Sequence record: SRR31156797_1995
DNA length: 64,000 nucleotides
Direction: 5' to 3' (one strand)
This document shows positions 30,151 through 41,200 of the stretch, one piece after another. The notes beneath the pieces are model-generated. The model saw only the letters and a program-made list of their open reading frames with translations. It did no database searches and had not been told where the DNA came from. Within the stretch, counting starts at the first letter, position 1. The number at the start of each line of letters is the position of its first letter. The translations under genes were made by a program, and so were the position numbers.

Positions 30151-30618
30151 ATGGAATCTAACAAAACCAACAACTACGAAGGCAGAGAAGCTAAAGCAAT
30201 GGAATTCTCAGCACAATCGGTAATTTACCTAAACGAAACCCGCAAATGGACCATATTCTTATCCATATTAGGATTTATATTTTTAGGTTTATTAGTAGTT
30301 GTATCACTGCTAATGTCAACCATGTTTAATACACTTGCCGCAGATACCATGCCTTTTCCAGGGATGGGTGTAGCAATTGGCATTGTCTATCTTTTGTTGG
30401 GAGCATTATTCTTCTTCCCAATTTACTACCTATACAAATTCTCTAGTCTTTCCAGAAAAGCTATATACAACGAAGATTCAGTGTCCTTAACACAAGCTTT
30501 TAAAAATCTAAAATCTCACTACAAATTCACAGGTATTTTTACCATTGTATTACTATCACTATACATGATATTTTTTATCATTGCCGGAGTAAGCGGTGGA
30601 TTAGGATCACTAATGTAA
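30151..30618 (+). CDS. DUF5362-like membrane protein
   Basis: LNETRKWTIFLSILGF, FKNLKSHYKF; 3 TM. Confidence 0.7.
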   Translation: MESNKTNNYEGREAKAMEFSAQSVIYLNETRKWTIFLSILGFIFLGLLVVVSLLMSTMFNTLAADTMPFPGMGVAIGIVYLLLGALFFFPIYYLYKFSSLSRKAIYNEDSVSLTQAFKNLKSHYKFTGIFTIVLLSLYMIFFIIAGVSGGLGSLM

Positions 30619-30637
30619 AAGCATTTGACTATCAAAA

Positions 30638-30671
30638 CAAAAGATCTGATTCATAAGAATCAGATCTTTTG
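30638..30671. terminator. Bidirectional terminator hairpin
   Basis: 15-bp stem CAAAAGATCTGATTC-ATAA-GAATCAGATCTTTTG between convergent genes. Confidence 0.8.
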
Positions 30672-30697
30672 TATTTCTCATTTGTCTTGTTATTTAA

Positions 30698-31006
30698 CTA
30701 TTGATTATTGGCTTTATTAAACTTAGTGGCAAGTTTACTTAGTAGGACAACTGCCAAAACTCCACCACAAAAAGAAACAATTGCATTAAGAGCAAACAAG
30801 TTGATATTTGTTGTGCCTGTTTGCATGATTGCTTGCGGGCTAAATCCTAATCGTCCAATGGATTTAATAAAAAAAACACTTCCGAAAACTCCAGCAATGG
30901 TATTTCCAATAATTCCAAAGGAATATTTTTTGAAGAATAGACTTGTGCTATTCGCTCCCAAAATTCCAGTCAGGATGCTTAGTAATGAAATTAGTGTATC
31001 GGTCAT
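30698..31006 (-). CDS. Small Gly-rich membrane protein downstream of cydB
   Basis: 102 aa, 3 TM, GNTIAGVFGS; starts 12 nt after the cydB stop. Confidence 0.7.
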   Translation of the reverse strand: MTDTLISLLSILTGILGANSTSLFFKKYSFGIIGNTIAGVFGSVFFIKSIGRLGFSPQAIMQTGTTNINLFALNAIVSFCGGVLAVVLLSKLATKFNKANNQ

Positions 31007-31018
31007 AATCAGTTTCTA

Positions 31019-32092
31019 TTAATGTCCATAATCCATCTGGTCAATTTTCCCTCCCATCAACCTTTTCTGAACTATCATGTAAACCGTCAGAAGAATAAAA
31101 CCAACAATTGCCCAGCCTACAGCAACTGATAATCCATATTGCGATGCCGATGTATTGTAAATGGTTAACGATTCGTTTATACTATTGGTAGAAGGCAATA
31201 TTACCGGAAACATTGATGCCAATGAAGAGCAGATTCCTCCTGCAATTAGTAAGGAAGAGCAAATAAAAGCATAGATATCTTTCTTATACTTTCCTATAAA
31301 GAACATGCCCATTAATCCTGTAATATAAATCAGCGGGAAAATAATTAACCAAGGATTTTCTATGAAATTCGAAAATGGATTTGGCTTAATCAAGTGCCAA
31401 ATTGATATAGAGAAAATGGTAAGCACTACAAGTGCGATATTTAGCTTTACAACGACTAATTTAAGCTTTTCGTTAATGGATGAATTTGTTTTTAAAACAA
31501 CCCAATTGGCGCCATGAATGGTTAGTGTTACCACTGCAATTACACCAATCACAATCGTGAACCAATCTATTACTCCGGGATGTGTGCCTTCAGGGCTAAA
31601 ACTGCTATTCCAAAGTGGAAGGAAAAAATAATGTCCTTCGTAAGCGGAAACACCATTTTCTACACCTCCCAAATTTACACCTCGAATTACATTTCCTAAT
31701 GCAATTCCAAAAAATAGTGTTAATAACAAACTGGAAACTCCGAAAGATTTGTCCCAAATGTCCTTCCACATCTGATAATTGAATTGACTACGTAATTCCA
31801 ATCCAATTGCTCTAAAAACAATAAACCAAAGTACCAATATCAACGGAAGGTAAAAACCGCTAAAAACTGAAGCGTAAAAAGTAGGGAAAGCCATAAAAAG
31901 CAATCCTCCTGCTGCAACCAACCACACTTCGTTCGAATCCCAAAAAAGACCTGCAGCCTTTGTAATTACTTCTTTGTCTTTTTCCTTTTTTGCAAAGAAT
32001 AAATGAACGATTCCCGTACCAAAATCGTAACCGTCTAATATGAAGAAAACAGCAAATACAATTGCTATTATTATATACCAAAATAGTTCCAT
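31019..32092 (-). CDS. cydB: Cytochrome bd ubiquinol oxidase subunit II
   Basis: LDGYDFGTG, WDSNEVWL, AFPTFYA. Confidence 0.95.
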   Translation of the reverse strand: MELFWYIIIAIVFAVFFILDGYDFGTGIVHLFFAKKEKDKEVITKAAGLFWDSNEVWLVAAGGLLFMAFPTFYASVFSGFYLPLILVLWFIVFRAIGLELRSQFNYQMWKDIWDKSFGVSSLLLTLFFGIALGNVIRGVNLGGVENGVSAYEGHYFFLPLWNSSFSPEGTHPGVIDWFTIVIGVIAVVTLTIHGANWVVLKTNSSINEKLKLVVVKLNIALVVLTIFSISIWHLIKPNPFSNFIENPWLIIFPLIYITGLMGMFFIGKYKKDIYAFICSSLLIAGGICSSLASMFPVILPSTNSINESLTIYNTSASQYGLSVAVGWAIVGFILLTVYMIVQKRLMGGKIDQMDYGH

Positions 32093-32094
32093 AA

Positions 32095-33426
32095 TTAATG
32101 TGTTTGAGTTTCTGGTCCTTTGTGAATTGTTTTACCAACTAATACCAGAAATAGTAAGCCCAATAGCATATACAAGCCAACAAAGCCTAATAATGTAAAT
32201 AAAGTATTACCCGATGATACCGTTGGTGAAACACCATCAACTGTTTTTAGTAAGCCGTATACCAAATAAGGCTGTCTTCCAAGTTCAGCAACATACCAGC
32301 CAGTCATGTTTGCGATATATGGAAAAGGAAATGAAAACATGATTGCCCAAAGCAAAATATTCATTTTATAAAGCTTCTTTCTCCATAAAAAGAAGAGTGC
32401 CAAGCCCATTAAGCCAATAAAAATTGTTCCTAATCCCACCATTATGTGATAAGAATAATAAAGTGCAGGTATGTTATCAGGCAATTCTTCCTCATCAAAC
32501 CGATCCATTCCGGGGATTTGTTTGTCCCAATCCTGATAAGTTAAAAAACTTAAGATGTTTGGAACAGCTATTTTATTGTCAATTTTCTTTTCAACCATAT
32601 TAGGTTGACCAATCAATATAATTTCGGCACCAGCTTCTTCAGTTTCAAATATTCCTTCCATGGCAGCAAAGGTCGCAGGTTGATATTTAGCGACATTTTT
32701 AGCATTCCAGTCTCCTGTTGGGAAAGCTACTAACATACTCGAAACAAATCCGAAAATTACACCAGTTTTTACAAATAGCTTTCCGTATTCTACATTCTTA
32801 TTACGCAATATATAAAAGGCTCCAATTCCAGCTACAACAAAAGATGAAGTGATAACAGATGCAAATTGATTGTGCAAAAATGCTGGTATCAACCAAGGAT
32901 TACTAAAGAGTGCGGAAAAATTGTTCAAAACAAATTTCCCATTATCTAAAATTTCATACCCTACAGGATGTTGCATCCAAGCATTGGTTGCTAAAATAAA
33001 ATATCCACTTGCCCAGGAACCCAGAAATACAAGGAAACCAGTTAAGAGGTGTAATTTTTGCCCCATTAGCTTTTCTCCAAAAATGAAAAGCGCTAAGAAA
33101 GATGATTCGAGGAAAAATGAAAACATTCCCTCCATTGCAAGGGTCTGACCAATAATCCCTCCTGTAAGCTCTGAGAATTTTGCCCAATTGGTTCCAAACT
33201 GAAATTCCATTGGAATACCAGTTACTACTCCCATAGTAAAATTAATGGCAAATATCTTCATAAAGAATTTTGCCGCATTGTTAAACTTCTCCAGTTTAGT
33301 TCTTAAAAATTTCCACTTAAAATAAACTATCATTAAAGATAATCCCATTGTTAGTTGTGGAAAAATGTAATGAAATGTGATAGTAAATGCGAATTGCAAT
33401 CTATCATAAAATATCATGTCTTCCAT
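32095..33426 (-). CDS. cydA: Cytochrome bd ubiquinol oxidase subunit I (short Q-loop)
   Basis: RLQFAFTITFHYIF, MEFQFGTNW, NAWMQHP, AAMEG, ELGRQPY. Confidence 0.96.
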   Translation of the reverse strand: MEDMIFYDRLQFAFTITFHYIFPQLTMGLSLMIVYFKWKFLRTKLEKFNNAAKFFMKIFAINFTMGVVTGIPMEFQFGTNWAKFSELTGGIIGQTLAMEGMFSFFLESSFLALFIFGEKLMGQKLHLLTGFLVFLGSWASGYFILATNAWMQHPVGYEILDNGKFVLNNFSALFSNPWLIPAFLHNQFASVITSSFVVAGIGAFYILRNKNVEYGKLFVKTGVIFGFVSSMLVAFPTGDWNAKNVAKYQPATFAAMEGIFETEEAGAEIILIGQPNMVEKKIDNKIAVPNILSFLTYQDWDKQIPGMDRFDEEELPDNIPALYYSYHIMVGLGTIFIGLMGLALFFLWRKKLYKMNILLWAIMFSFPFPYIANMTGWYVAELGRQPYLVYGLLKTVDGVSPTVSSGNTLFTLLGFVGLYMLLGLLFLVLVGKTIHKGPETQTH

Positions 33427-33824
33427 ATCCTTATTTTTAATCGATAAAAATAAAGGTTTTTATTTGTTTTCACATGAAAGGACGATAATTAATTTTCGAT
33501 ACGTGAATTATAAATAGTCGTTCTATTTTAAGTAAAATAAACAATTTTCTCTATTCCACATACTACTTAACCTTAATTATTAGTGAATTAATTACACTTA
33601 TACCTCCATTTGTGAACGAATAATACAACAAGACAAATACGATCACAGATATAAAAAAATATACAGTTATTAATTTATTTGCATTTTATTATTTTATGTT
33701 ACATCATTCACTTTATGTAATTTCCATTCCATTAATTTCACATTACCTTTAAGAATTAACAATTGTTATCGTTCTCTCTTCTTGCTCAATTTATCTTTGC
33801 ATTCATTAATTAAAGTAAATTACA

Positions 33825-34145
33825 ATGAAGCAAAAATTTAATAGAAGAGCATTTAGTTCTATTGGAATGTTTTTATCAGCCATTACTCTGCCCTTTTCTG
33901 GAATAATGAACCATAACTTACAACTGGAAGCACTAACAAGTACTCGGGAGTTTTGGATGGCAGCTCACAATTCTGCCGGTTTTTTATTTGCAATCTTAAT
34001 GACACTCCACATCGTATACAATTGGAAAGTCTTGCACAATCATATAAAAAAAGTCAATGGCACAAAAATCAGCAAGGAAGCTTTATGGGCATTAGTAATA
34101 TTTTTAATTGTAGTAGGATTATTGCCCTTACATACAATCCTATAA
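33825..34145 (+). CDS. DUF4405-like small membrane protein (possible heme b ligands)
   Basis: WMAAHN...LHIVYNW His pair in TM helices. Confidence 0.65.
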   Translation: MKQKFNRRAFSSIGMFLSAITLPFSGIMNHNLQLEALTSTREFWMAAHNSAGFLFAILMTLHIVYNWKVLHNHIKKVNGTKISKEALWALVIFLIVVGLLPLHTIL

Positions 34146-34169
34146 TATTAGTCTCTTTATTGATTTTAT

Positions 34170-34688
34170 TTATAATCCCTTCCAAAATACCCAATTCTCA
34201 TATTTGCTATCACCCATTTCGAAAAAGCATTTGCCTTTTATTAGATAATTTTGACGATGATAAAAGTCAATTGCTTTTTTGTTATGATGATAAGAAGTAA
34301 GCCAAAGTCCGGTATATCCTTCTTTCAATAGCTCATTCTCTGCGTGAACAAGAAGCTCTCTTCCAATCCCTTTACCATGAAAATGTTGAGATAAATAGAG
34401 TACTGATAATTCGGGGTCTTTTATTGTATTTACAGGGCAAGAGGTATCAAAATCCAACTGATAGCAGGCAATAATCCTTCCCTCCTTCTCAGCCAAAAAC
34501 AATCGCTTTTTAGAATTTATAATTATAGCCTCGGTTTTCTTTTTGGTAATTTCGGTATTCAGATATTCGGCATATTCTGACTCGATGCCATCGGTAGCAT
34601 ATGTATGAAGCCAAACCTGAATTTTCAACATGGCAATATTGCATGCATCTTCAAGTTTGGCTCTACGAGTAATAATATTTTTATCCAT
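34170..34688 (-). CDS. GNAT N-acetyltransferase
   Basis: LYLSQHFHGKGIGRELL, NKKAIDFY. Confidence 0.88.
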   Translation of the reverse strand: MDKNIITRRAKLEDACNIAMLKIQVWLHTYATDGIESEYAEYLNTEITKKKTEAIIINSKKRLFLAEKEGRIIACYQLDFDTSCPVNTIKDPELSVLYLSQHFHGKGIGRELLVHAENELLKEGYTGLWLTSYHHNKKAIDFYHRQNYLIKGKCFFEMGDSKYENWVFWKGL

Positions 34689-34702
34689 TACGGGTATTAG
34701 TT

Positions 34703-35860
34703 TTACTCTACAAATTCCTTTAAATCGGAAGTTAAGATCTCCTCAATTTCAACGAACTTATCTTTTGGCGTTTGAGTATACAGCATTCCAAAAATAGAAT
34801 ACATCTTATAATCCACTTTTCTTAATTCTAGAGGCTTCGCAAATTTATTCAAGAGTGCATCGTAATCAAATTTTGCAATTTCCTTGGATGGAACACCTGT
34901 TGAATTATCTAAAATTACCAAAGAGTAGAAATCATCGTCCATTTCCTCCAATATTTTGTTCCAATCAGGCTTGATATTATTCAAAAAACAGTGGTAAGGA
35001 TTCAGTTTCGTTGCGTAATGGGTAAGATCTGCTGTAGTACACCAACCTCCAAAACGCATTGGATTCACCTCGATAGGAATCAGTACTCCATTTTTATCAA
35101 CACGTACCTCTACATGCACCGGAAAGTTTCTCAAATTGGCTCTATCACCCAATTCTTTAACAAAATCTAAAAACTGTGGTAAGTAAGTTTTAATGGTATC
35201 CTTCGAAGTATAGTAAACACGATCACTAACATCAGTTTCCGAAGAAAAAAGATGCTTTGAGATTCCCAAAACAGTTGCCTCTCCATGCTCATCGAAATAA
35301 ACATCAAAAGCGAATTCCTCTCCTTCAATTATTTCTTCAATCAGAAAACTCGATGCATTAACTACCTCTATAGGAAACAAACATTTTGCTTCGGTAAATT
35401 CATCACGGATCAATTGTTTTACTCTATCCCAATCGTTGTGACTTAACACCTTATGAACACCCAGGCTTAAAAAACCAACAGCGGGCTTAATGATAAAAGG
35501 CATTGGCAATTCTTCCAGCTTGATCTCATCAATCTCGCTTAAACTTACCTCACGAAAAAAGAAGTTAGGATAGATTTGCTGGATCAGTTTTCTGAATTCA
35601 ACTTTATTTTTAAAAACATTGATGTACTCAGGGAGTTTGGTAAATCCCAAATGGTTCACCACCCAATTTATTGAATTCTCTGAATTGGTATACAAACGAC
35701 TGTTCGGATCATTACGAAAATTCTTTATTACCTCTTCGGGTTGAATTAGCGACAGCTCTCCTTTTTCCGTAATATTTCCAGTATCCAAGGCAGGGAAATC
35801 GTACTTTACAATGGTTTCTTTTAAGAAATTTGAAACATATGGTTTGTCCAGTAAAATCAT
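34703..35860 (-). CDS. ATP-grasp domain protein
   Basis: KNKVEFR, PFIIKPAVGFLSLGV, IEEIIEGEEF, HVE, IEVNPMRFGG. Confidence 0.85.
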   Translation of the reverse strand: MILLDKPYVSNFLKETIVKYDFPALDTGNITEKGELSLIQPEEVIKNFRNDPNSRLYTNSENSINWVVNHLGFTKLPEYINVFKNKVEFRKLIQQIYPNFFFREVSLSEIDEIKLEELPMPFIIKPAVGFLSLGVHKVLSHNDWDRVKQLIRDEFTEAKCLFPIEVVNASSFLIEEIIEGEEFAFDVYFDEHGEATVLGISKHLFSSETDVSDRVYYTSKDTIKTYLPQFLDFVKELGDRANLRNFPVHVEVRVDKNGVLIPIEVNPMRFGGWCTTADLTHYATKLNPYHCFLNNIKPDWNKILEEMDDDFYSLVILDNSTGVPSKEIAKFDYDALLNKFAKPLELRKVDYKMYSIFGMLYTQTPKDKFVEIEEILTSDLKEFVE

Positions 35861-36024
35861 TTAGTGCAGTGTTAGTTGTGAATTTGCGACAAATCTACAA
35901 AGAAAGCTCCAAACTTCAATTTTCAAAATTGCACCAAATTTTTCAGATTTTATAAAATCAAATACAGCTTATTAATAATGATTTCTTAAATTTCAGCATC
36001 GAAAAACCTTACAAAAACCAGGCT

Positions 36025-36966
36025 GTGAAAGAAAAAATACTAGTTAGCTATTCTGTTCCTAAAGAAGGACTTGTTGAATTGAATAAACATTTCGAATTGA
36101 TTTATCCGGAAAAGGAATTTTTCACAAATGATGAATTAATTGCTCTTGTTCCTGACTGTGTTGCTCTTTTATCGATTTTTAATCGCGAAGTGCCGAAAGA
36201 ATTAATATCAGCTGGGAAAATTCTTAAGATGATTAGCAATTACGGTGTAGGCTTCAACAATATAGATATCGCAACTGCAAATCAGCAGAATATTTTGGTT
36301 TGTAATACACCTGATGCGGTATGTGAACCAACTGCCGAATTGTGTTTAGCATTAATGCTTTCACTAAGCAGAAAAGTTGCCGAGTGTCATCATGCTTTAA
36401 AAAGCAATCCTGATTTTGAATGGGGTGTAATGAAAAATTTAGGCAATACCTTAAAAGGAAAAACTCTGGGAATTGTAGGAATGGGCAAAATTGGTAAATC
36501 TATCGCCCAAAAAGCTAAAGTTTTTGGTATGAACATCCTTTATTACAACCGTAAACCCAAACTTGAATCCAAATATAAATATGCTGGTTTTGATGAGTTA
36601 CTATCTAAATCTGATCTTGTTTCCTTAAATTGTCCTTTAACAGAACAAACCTATCATCTTATTGGTAAAAAAGAACTGAATCTCATGAAAGATTCAGCTT
36701 TTCTGATTAATACAGCAAGAGGACCTGTTGTTGACGAACAAGCTCTGGTTGATGCGCTCAAATCAAATACAATTGCAGGAGCAGCTTTGGATGTTTTCGA
36801 AAATGAACCAAAAATTCATCCCGAATTATTAAAAATGGATAATGTTGTTCTGGTTCCTCATATTGGAACAGCTACAATAGAAACAAGGATTGAAATGGCT
36901 CGTGAAGCCAGTGAGAACATTATCTCTTATTTGATCCATAATAAAGAAAAGAATAGAGTAAATTAG
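36025..36966 (+). CDS. D-isomer-specific 2-hydroxyacid dehydrogenase (glyoxylate reductase-like)
   Basis: GIVGMGKIG, INTARG, ALDVFENEP, PHIGTAT; GTG start. Confidence 0.92.
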   Translation: MKEKILVSYSVPKEGLVELNKHFELIYPEKEFFTNDELIALVPDCVALLSIFNREVPKELISAGKILKMISNYGVGFNNIDIATANQQNILVCNTPDAVCEPTAELCLALMLSLSRKVAECHHALKSNPDFEWGVMKNLGNTLKGKTLGIVGMGKIGKSIAQKAKVFGMNILYYNRKPKLESKYKYAGFDELLSKSDLVSLNCPLTEQTYHLIGKKELNLMKDSAFLINTARGPVVDEQALVDALKSNTIAGAALDVFENEPKIHPELLKMDNVVLVPHIGTATIETRIEMAREASENIISYLIHNKEKNRVN

Positions 36967-36990
36967 ATCGAATAAATCATTCATAATTGT

Positions 36991-37758
36991 ATGTTATTAG
37001 CCATTGATATAGGAAACTCGAATGTTGTTTGCGGATTATCAGAAAACAACCATTGGACCGAACAGTTCAGAATTCACACTGTTGCCAATAAAACTGCCGA
37101 TGAATACGAAGTTATTTACAGAACTCTCCTTTCAAGCAGAAATGTAGACTTGAACCGAATCGACCGAATTGTTGTAAGCAGTGTGGTTCCATCGCTGATA
37201 TCACCAATACAAGAAATGATTAAAAAGCTATTTGGTCAGGAAGCCTTAATTTTAGGTCCTGAAATGTATCCTCATCTGGATATAGGCATTCAAAATCCAT
37301 ACGAAATTGGAACAGATTTGGTCGCCAATGCAGTTGCAGCTTACAGCAAATACCAGGGCAACTGTATTGTTGTTGATTTTGGGACGGCTCTTACTTTTAC
37401 TGCCATAAAAGCCGATGGCAATCTGTTAGGTGTAAGCATTGCTCCCGGATTAAAAACAGCAATGTCTTCTCTCTCTCAAAAAACTGCCAAACTGCCTAAT
37501 GTCGACATTGCGGTTCCTCCTTCGTGTATCGGAAAAAATACAACTCATGCCCTACAAGCTGGAATTGTAATGGGTTACAAAGGATTGGTGCAATATCTTT
37601 TAGAAGAGATTTGCAAAGAGTTGGATGGCAAAACAACAATTATCGCAACAGGTGGTTTATCACAAGTAATGAGTTCTATTATCGATAAATTTGATCATCA
37701 TGAACCGATGCTAACACTTGATGGATTAAAAATTATAGGAAATAAATTTCATAAATAA
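36991..37758 (+). CDS. coaX: Type III pantothenate kinase
   Basis: LAIDIGNS, SSVVP, IGTD, VDFGTA, ATGG, LTLDGL. Confidence 0.93.
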   Translation: MLLAIDIGNSNVVCGLSENNHWTEQFRIHTVANKTADEYEVIYRTLLSSRNVDLNRIDRIVVSSVVPSLISPIQEMIKKLFGQEALILGPEMYPHLDIGIQNPYEIGTDLVANAVAAYSKYQGNCIVVDFGTALTFTAIKADGNLLGVSIAPGLKTAMSSLSQKTAKLPNVDIAVPPSCIGKNTTHALQAGIVMGYKGLVQYLLEEICKELDGKTTIIATGGLSQVMSSIIDKFDHHEPMLTLDGLKIIGNKFHK

Positions 37759-38216
37759 TGGGAGTAGAAATAGAACGAAAATACCTGGTAAAAAAAGAGA
37801 AGCTGAACTTACCTGAACAAGGCAAAAAGTTAGTACAGGGATATTTGTGGAGCGATCCTAACAAAAGTCTTCGTATTCGAATTTCAGATACACAAGCATT
37901 CCTTACAATTAAAAGTGGAAATGACATTTTAAAACGAGCCGAATTCGAGTATGAAATTCCTTTGCATGATGCTGAAGAATTGCTACAAATGTGCGATGCT
38001 AAAATTGAAAAAACACGCTACCTGATTCCTCAAGACCATCACTCTTGGGAAATTGATGTTTTCGAAGGTGCTAACCAAGGGTTGATTGTGGCTGAAGTAG
38101 AACTTTCGAGTGAAAATGAAGAAATCAAGTTACCAAAATGGATTGACAAAGAAGTCAGCCAAGATTCTCGCTATTTGAATGTTTCTTTAATTAAAAATCC
38201 TTTCACTAAATGGTGA
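37758..38216 (+). CDS. CYTH domain protein
   Basis: EIERKYLV, QGYL, RAEFEYEIP, IEKTRY, VAEVEL. Confidence 0.92.
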   Translation: MGVEIERKYLVKKEKLNLPEQGKKLVQGYLWSDPNKSLRIRISDTQAFLTIKSGNDILKRAEFEYEIPLHDAEELLQMCDAKIEKTRYLIPQDHHSWEIDVFEGANQGLIVAEVELSSENEEIKLPKWIDKEVSQDSRYLNVSLIKNPFTKW

Positions 38217-41200
38217 TATACTCAAATCGGTAAACTTTATAGGAGTTTCTGGTTGTGACAATATTGATTTGTAAATACACTCCTGAATTTTTGTTCTAAC
38301 ATCCATTTTCATCAACTTCGAATTCGATTCATCGGGGCAAATTCTATTCGATAGAAAAATGTACACCAAATCGTATTTCGGATCAACCCAAACCATAGTT
38401 CCTGTAAAACCAGTATGACCATAACTGGATGGAGATGCTTCCTTACATGTTGGTCCACCTTCTTCTTCAGGATCTAAAAATGGTTTATCGAAACCGATCC
38501 CTCTGCGATTTTCCCCATCTGGAAATGCACGAGAGGTAAACTCCTTCATGGTTTCTTCGCTAATATAGGTTTCTCCTCCATAGCTCCCCTTTTGCAAATA
38601 CATTTGAATAAGTTTAGCTAAATCGCCTGCATTTCCAAACAAACCCGCATGACCAGCTACTCCACCCAACATTGCCGATGTAGGATCATGAACGTATCCT
38701 TTTATCCACTGTTTTCTGAAGAATTTATCATTTTGTGTTGGCACAATTCTCTCCAAACTAAATCTTTTCTTTGGGTGATATCCCAAACTTCCAGCACCCA
38801 ACATACGATAAAAATGCCTACTTGTGAACTGATCCAAACTCTCATTGGAAGTTTCTTTTATCATTTCACCCATCATGATAAAGCCCAAATCACTGTATTT
38901 ATAACCATTCTCTTCACGAAAATCAGAATCCAAAATGTGTTGAATTATGGTATCCTTATAGCTCTTATGAATAAAATACTTCTTTGCAATTTCAACTGGA
39001 AATTCTTCTGATTTTACATTGGAGAAAATACCCTTTTTAAATTTATAATTTCTATCGATATAAAGACCATTTGCCACTTTCATACTGTAACGTCGAGAGT
39101 ATCTCCTATGAAAAAGCTGACCATCGAAACTTGAAGAATCTACAGTTTCCCAATGGAAAGGTTTCCAACTTAACAGACGAGCTTCATGAGCTAAAATTTT
39201 CCTTAATATCAGGGTATCCTTATTCGTATTCTTCGCCTTGGTAAAATACTCACCTAAATTTTTATCGATATCAATCCATCCCTCATCGCTCAATTGCATC
39301 AAACTAGGTAGAGTAGCTGTGATTTTGGTGAGTGAAGCAAAATCATAAATATCCGGGTTTCTTACCTCAATCTTTTTGGCATAAGTATGGTGTCCGTATG
39401 ATTTATTAAAAACGATTTTTCCTTTAGATGATACCAAAACCTGAGCTCCTGGTGTAGCTTTCTTTTTAATCGCATCTTTCACTATGGAATCAATCACATT
39501 CAATTTCAAAGTACTCAAGCCAACTTGTTCTGGCAATGCATATCCCAAACGATTTCGTGTACTCGGATATCCTGTTCCTACAGGAAACTTCTCGTTTATA
39601 CTCACAGGCAGTTTTCCTTTGGCAGCTAATCCTCCAAAAATAATTTGCGCCGAAGCCATTTGTGCCTCTCTCGAGTCCTGATAGGAAATTACAATTCCCT
39701 CCAAATTATCCAGATCTTTATAAAAATCCAAAGCATAAGGGTTGGCAAACAAATCAAAAATTACTTTTTTCTCTTTTGAGATATCCGACAAAAATTCAAC
39801 AGTCTGCTCAGTCACACCAAATTTTCGAGTCGCTCTCATGTCACTATCATGCTTGCTCACAATAATCAAATTGTACTTATCCAATTTCTTTTTAAGCTTC
39901 TGATATTCCTCCTTAGATGCACTCTTATCAATCTGATAAAAATCCATATCCGTATAACGACCTAAATACTCCTGAAACCTATTTCGAATAGAAGCACCCA
40001 TAGCTACAGCAGCTATTTTAAGTGTGTCTAGTCGCTTTAATGGAAGTAGCTTATTTTCATTTTTTACAAGTGTAATGGCTTCCTCTGTAAGTTTTCTGCG
40101 CAAAATAAAACCTTGCTGTGTATTTAATCCCGACCAAAGCATATTCATATCCACTGGTTTGTATTGATTCAATCCCAGCCAATATTTAGCTTTTAATATT
40201 TTCTTACATTTTTTATTAATTTCCTCCCATGACAATTCACCTCTGCCAATTGCTAATTTTATTTCATCTAAAGCGATTGCAACATCTTCGGTAAATAACA
40301 AAACATCATTTCCTGCAATTAATGCTTTGGCATCAACCACACCTTTTGCATAAAATTTCCGAATGCCTTTCATATTTAAAGCATCGGTAAATACCAATCC
40401 ATTAAAACCAAACTCCTCTTTAAGAACACCTGTAACAATTGGTTTTGATAAAGTTGCTACATGCTGCTCTCTATCCAAGGCTGGCACATTTAAATGAGAC
40501 ACCATAATCCCACCAATTCCCTGTTCTATTATTTTTTTAAATGGATACAACTCTATCGAATCTAAACGCAATCTGGGATGATTCACTATTGGCAAATCGT
40601 AATGAGAATCTGTATCCGTATCGCCATGACCAGGAAAATGCTTTCCTACTGGAATTATACCTGCATGTTGCATTCCCATTGCAAAGGCGTACGATTTATT
40701 GGTAACATTGTATCGATCTTCGCCAAAAGATCGACTGCTAATTACGGGATTTGCCGGATTGTTATTCACATCCATCACGGGAGAAAAATTAACATGAACG
40801 CCCAAACGCATGCATTCAGCACCAATCTGTTCACCTAATTGATAAATCAGATCATTATCCTGAACTGCACCAAGCATCAGCTGACGCGGATAACTAATGG
40901 TCTGTTTCAATCGCATGCCCAAACCATTTTCAGCATCCATACCAATCCACATTGGAGTTTTAGACAAGCTTTGATACCAATTGCACAATTCTGCTTGTTT
41001 TCCAGGCGCTCCACTAAAAAATATGATTCCTCCTATTTGGTGCTTATTAACGAGGCTTGCAACTCGCTCTGAATCCTTTTTATTATTGTTTGAATAAGCT
41101 GCAATCATAAACAGTTGTGATATTCGCTCATCTTCGCTCATTGCAGAAAATACAGAATCAGCCCAAACATTCGATTTGCTCAACTGATCAACAAATTGAT

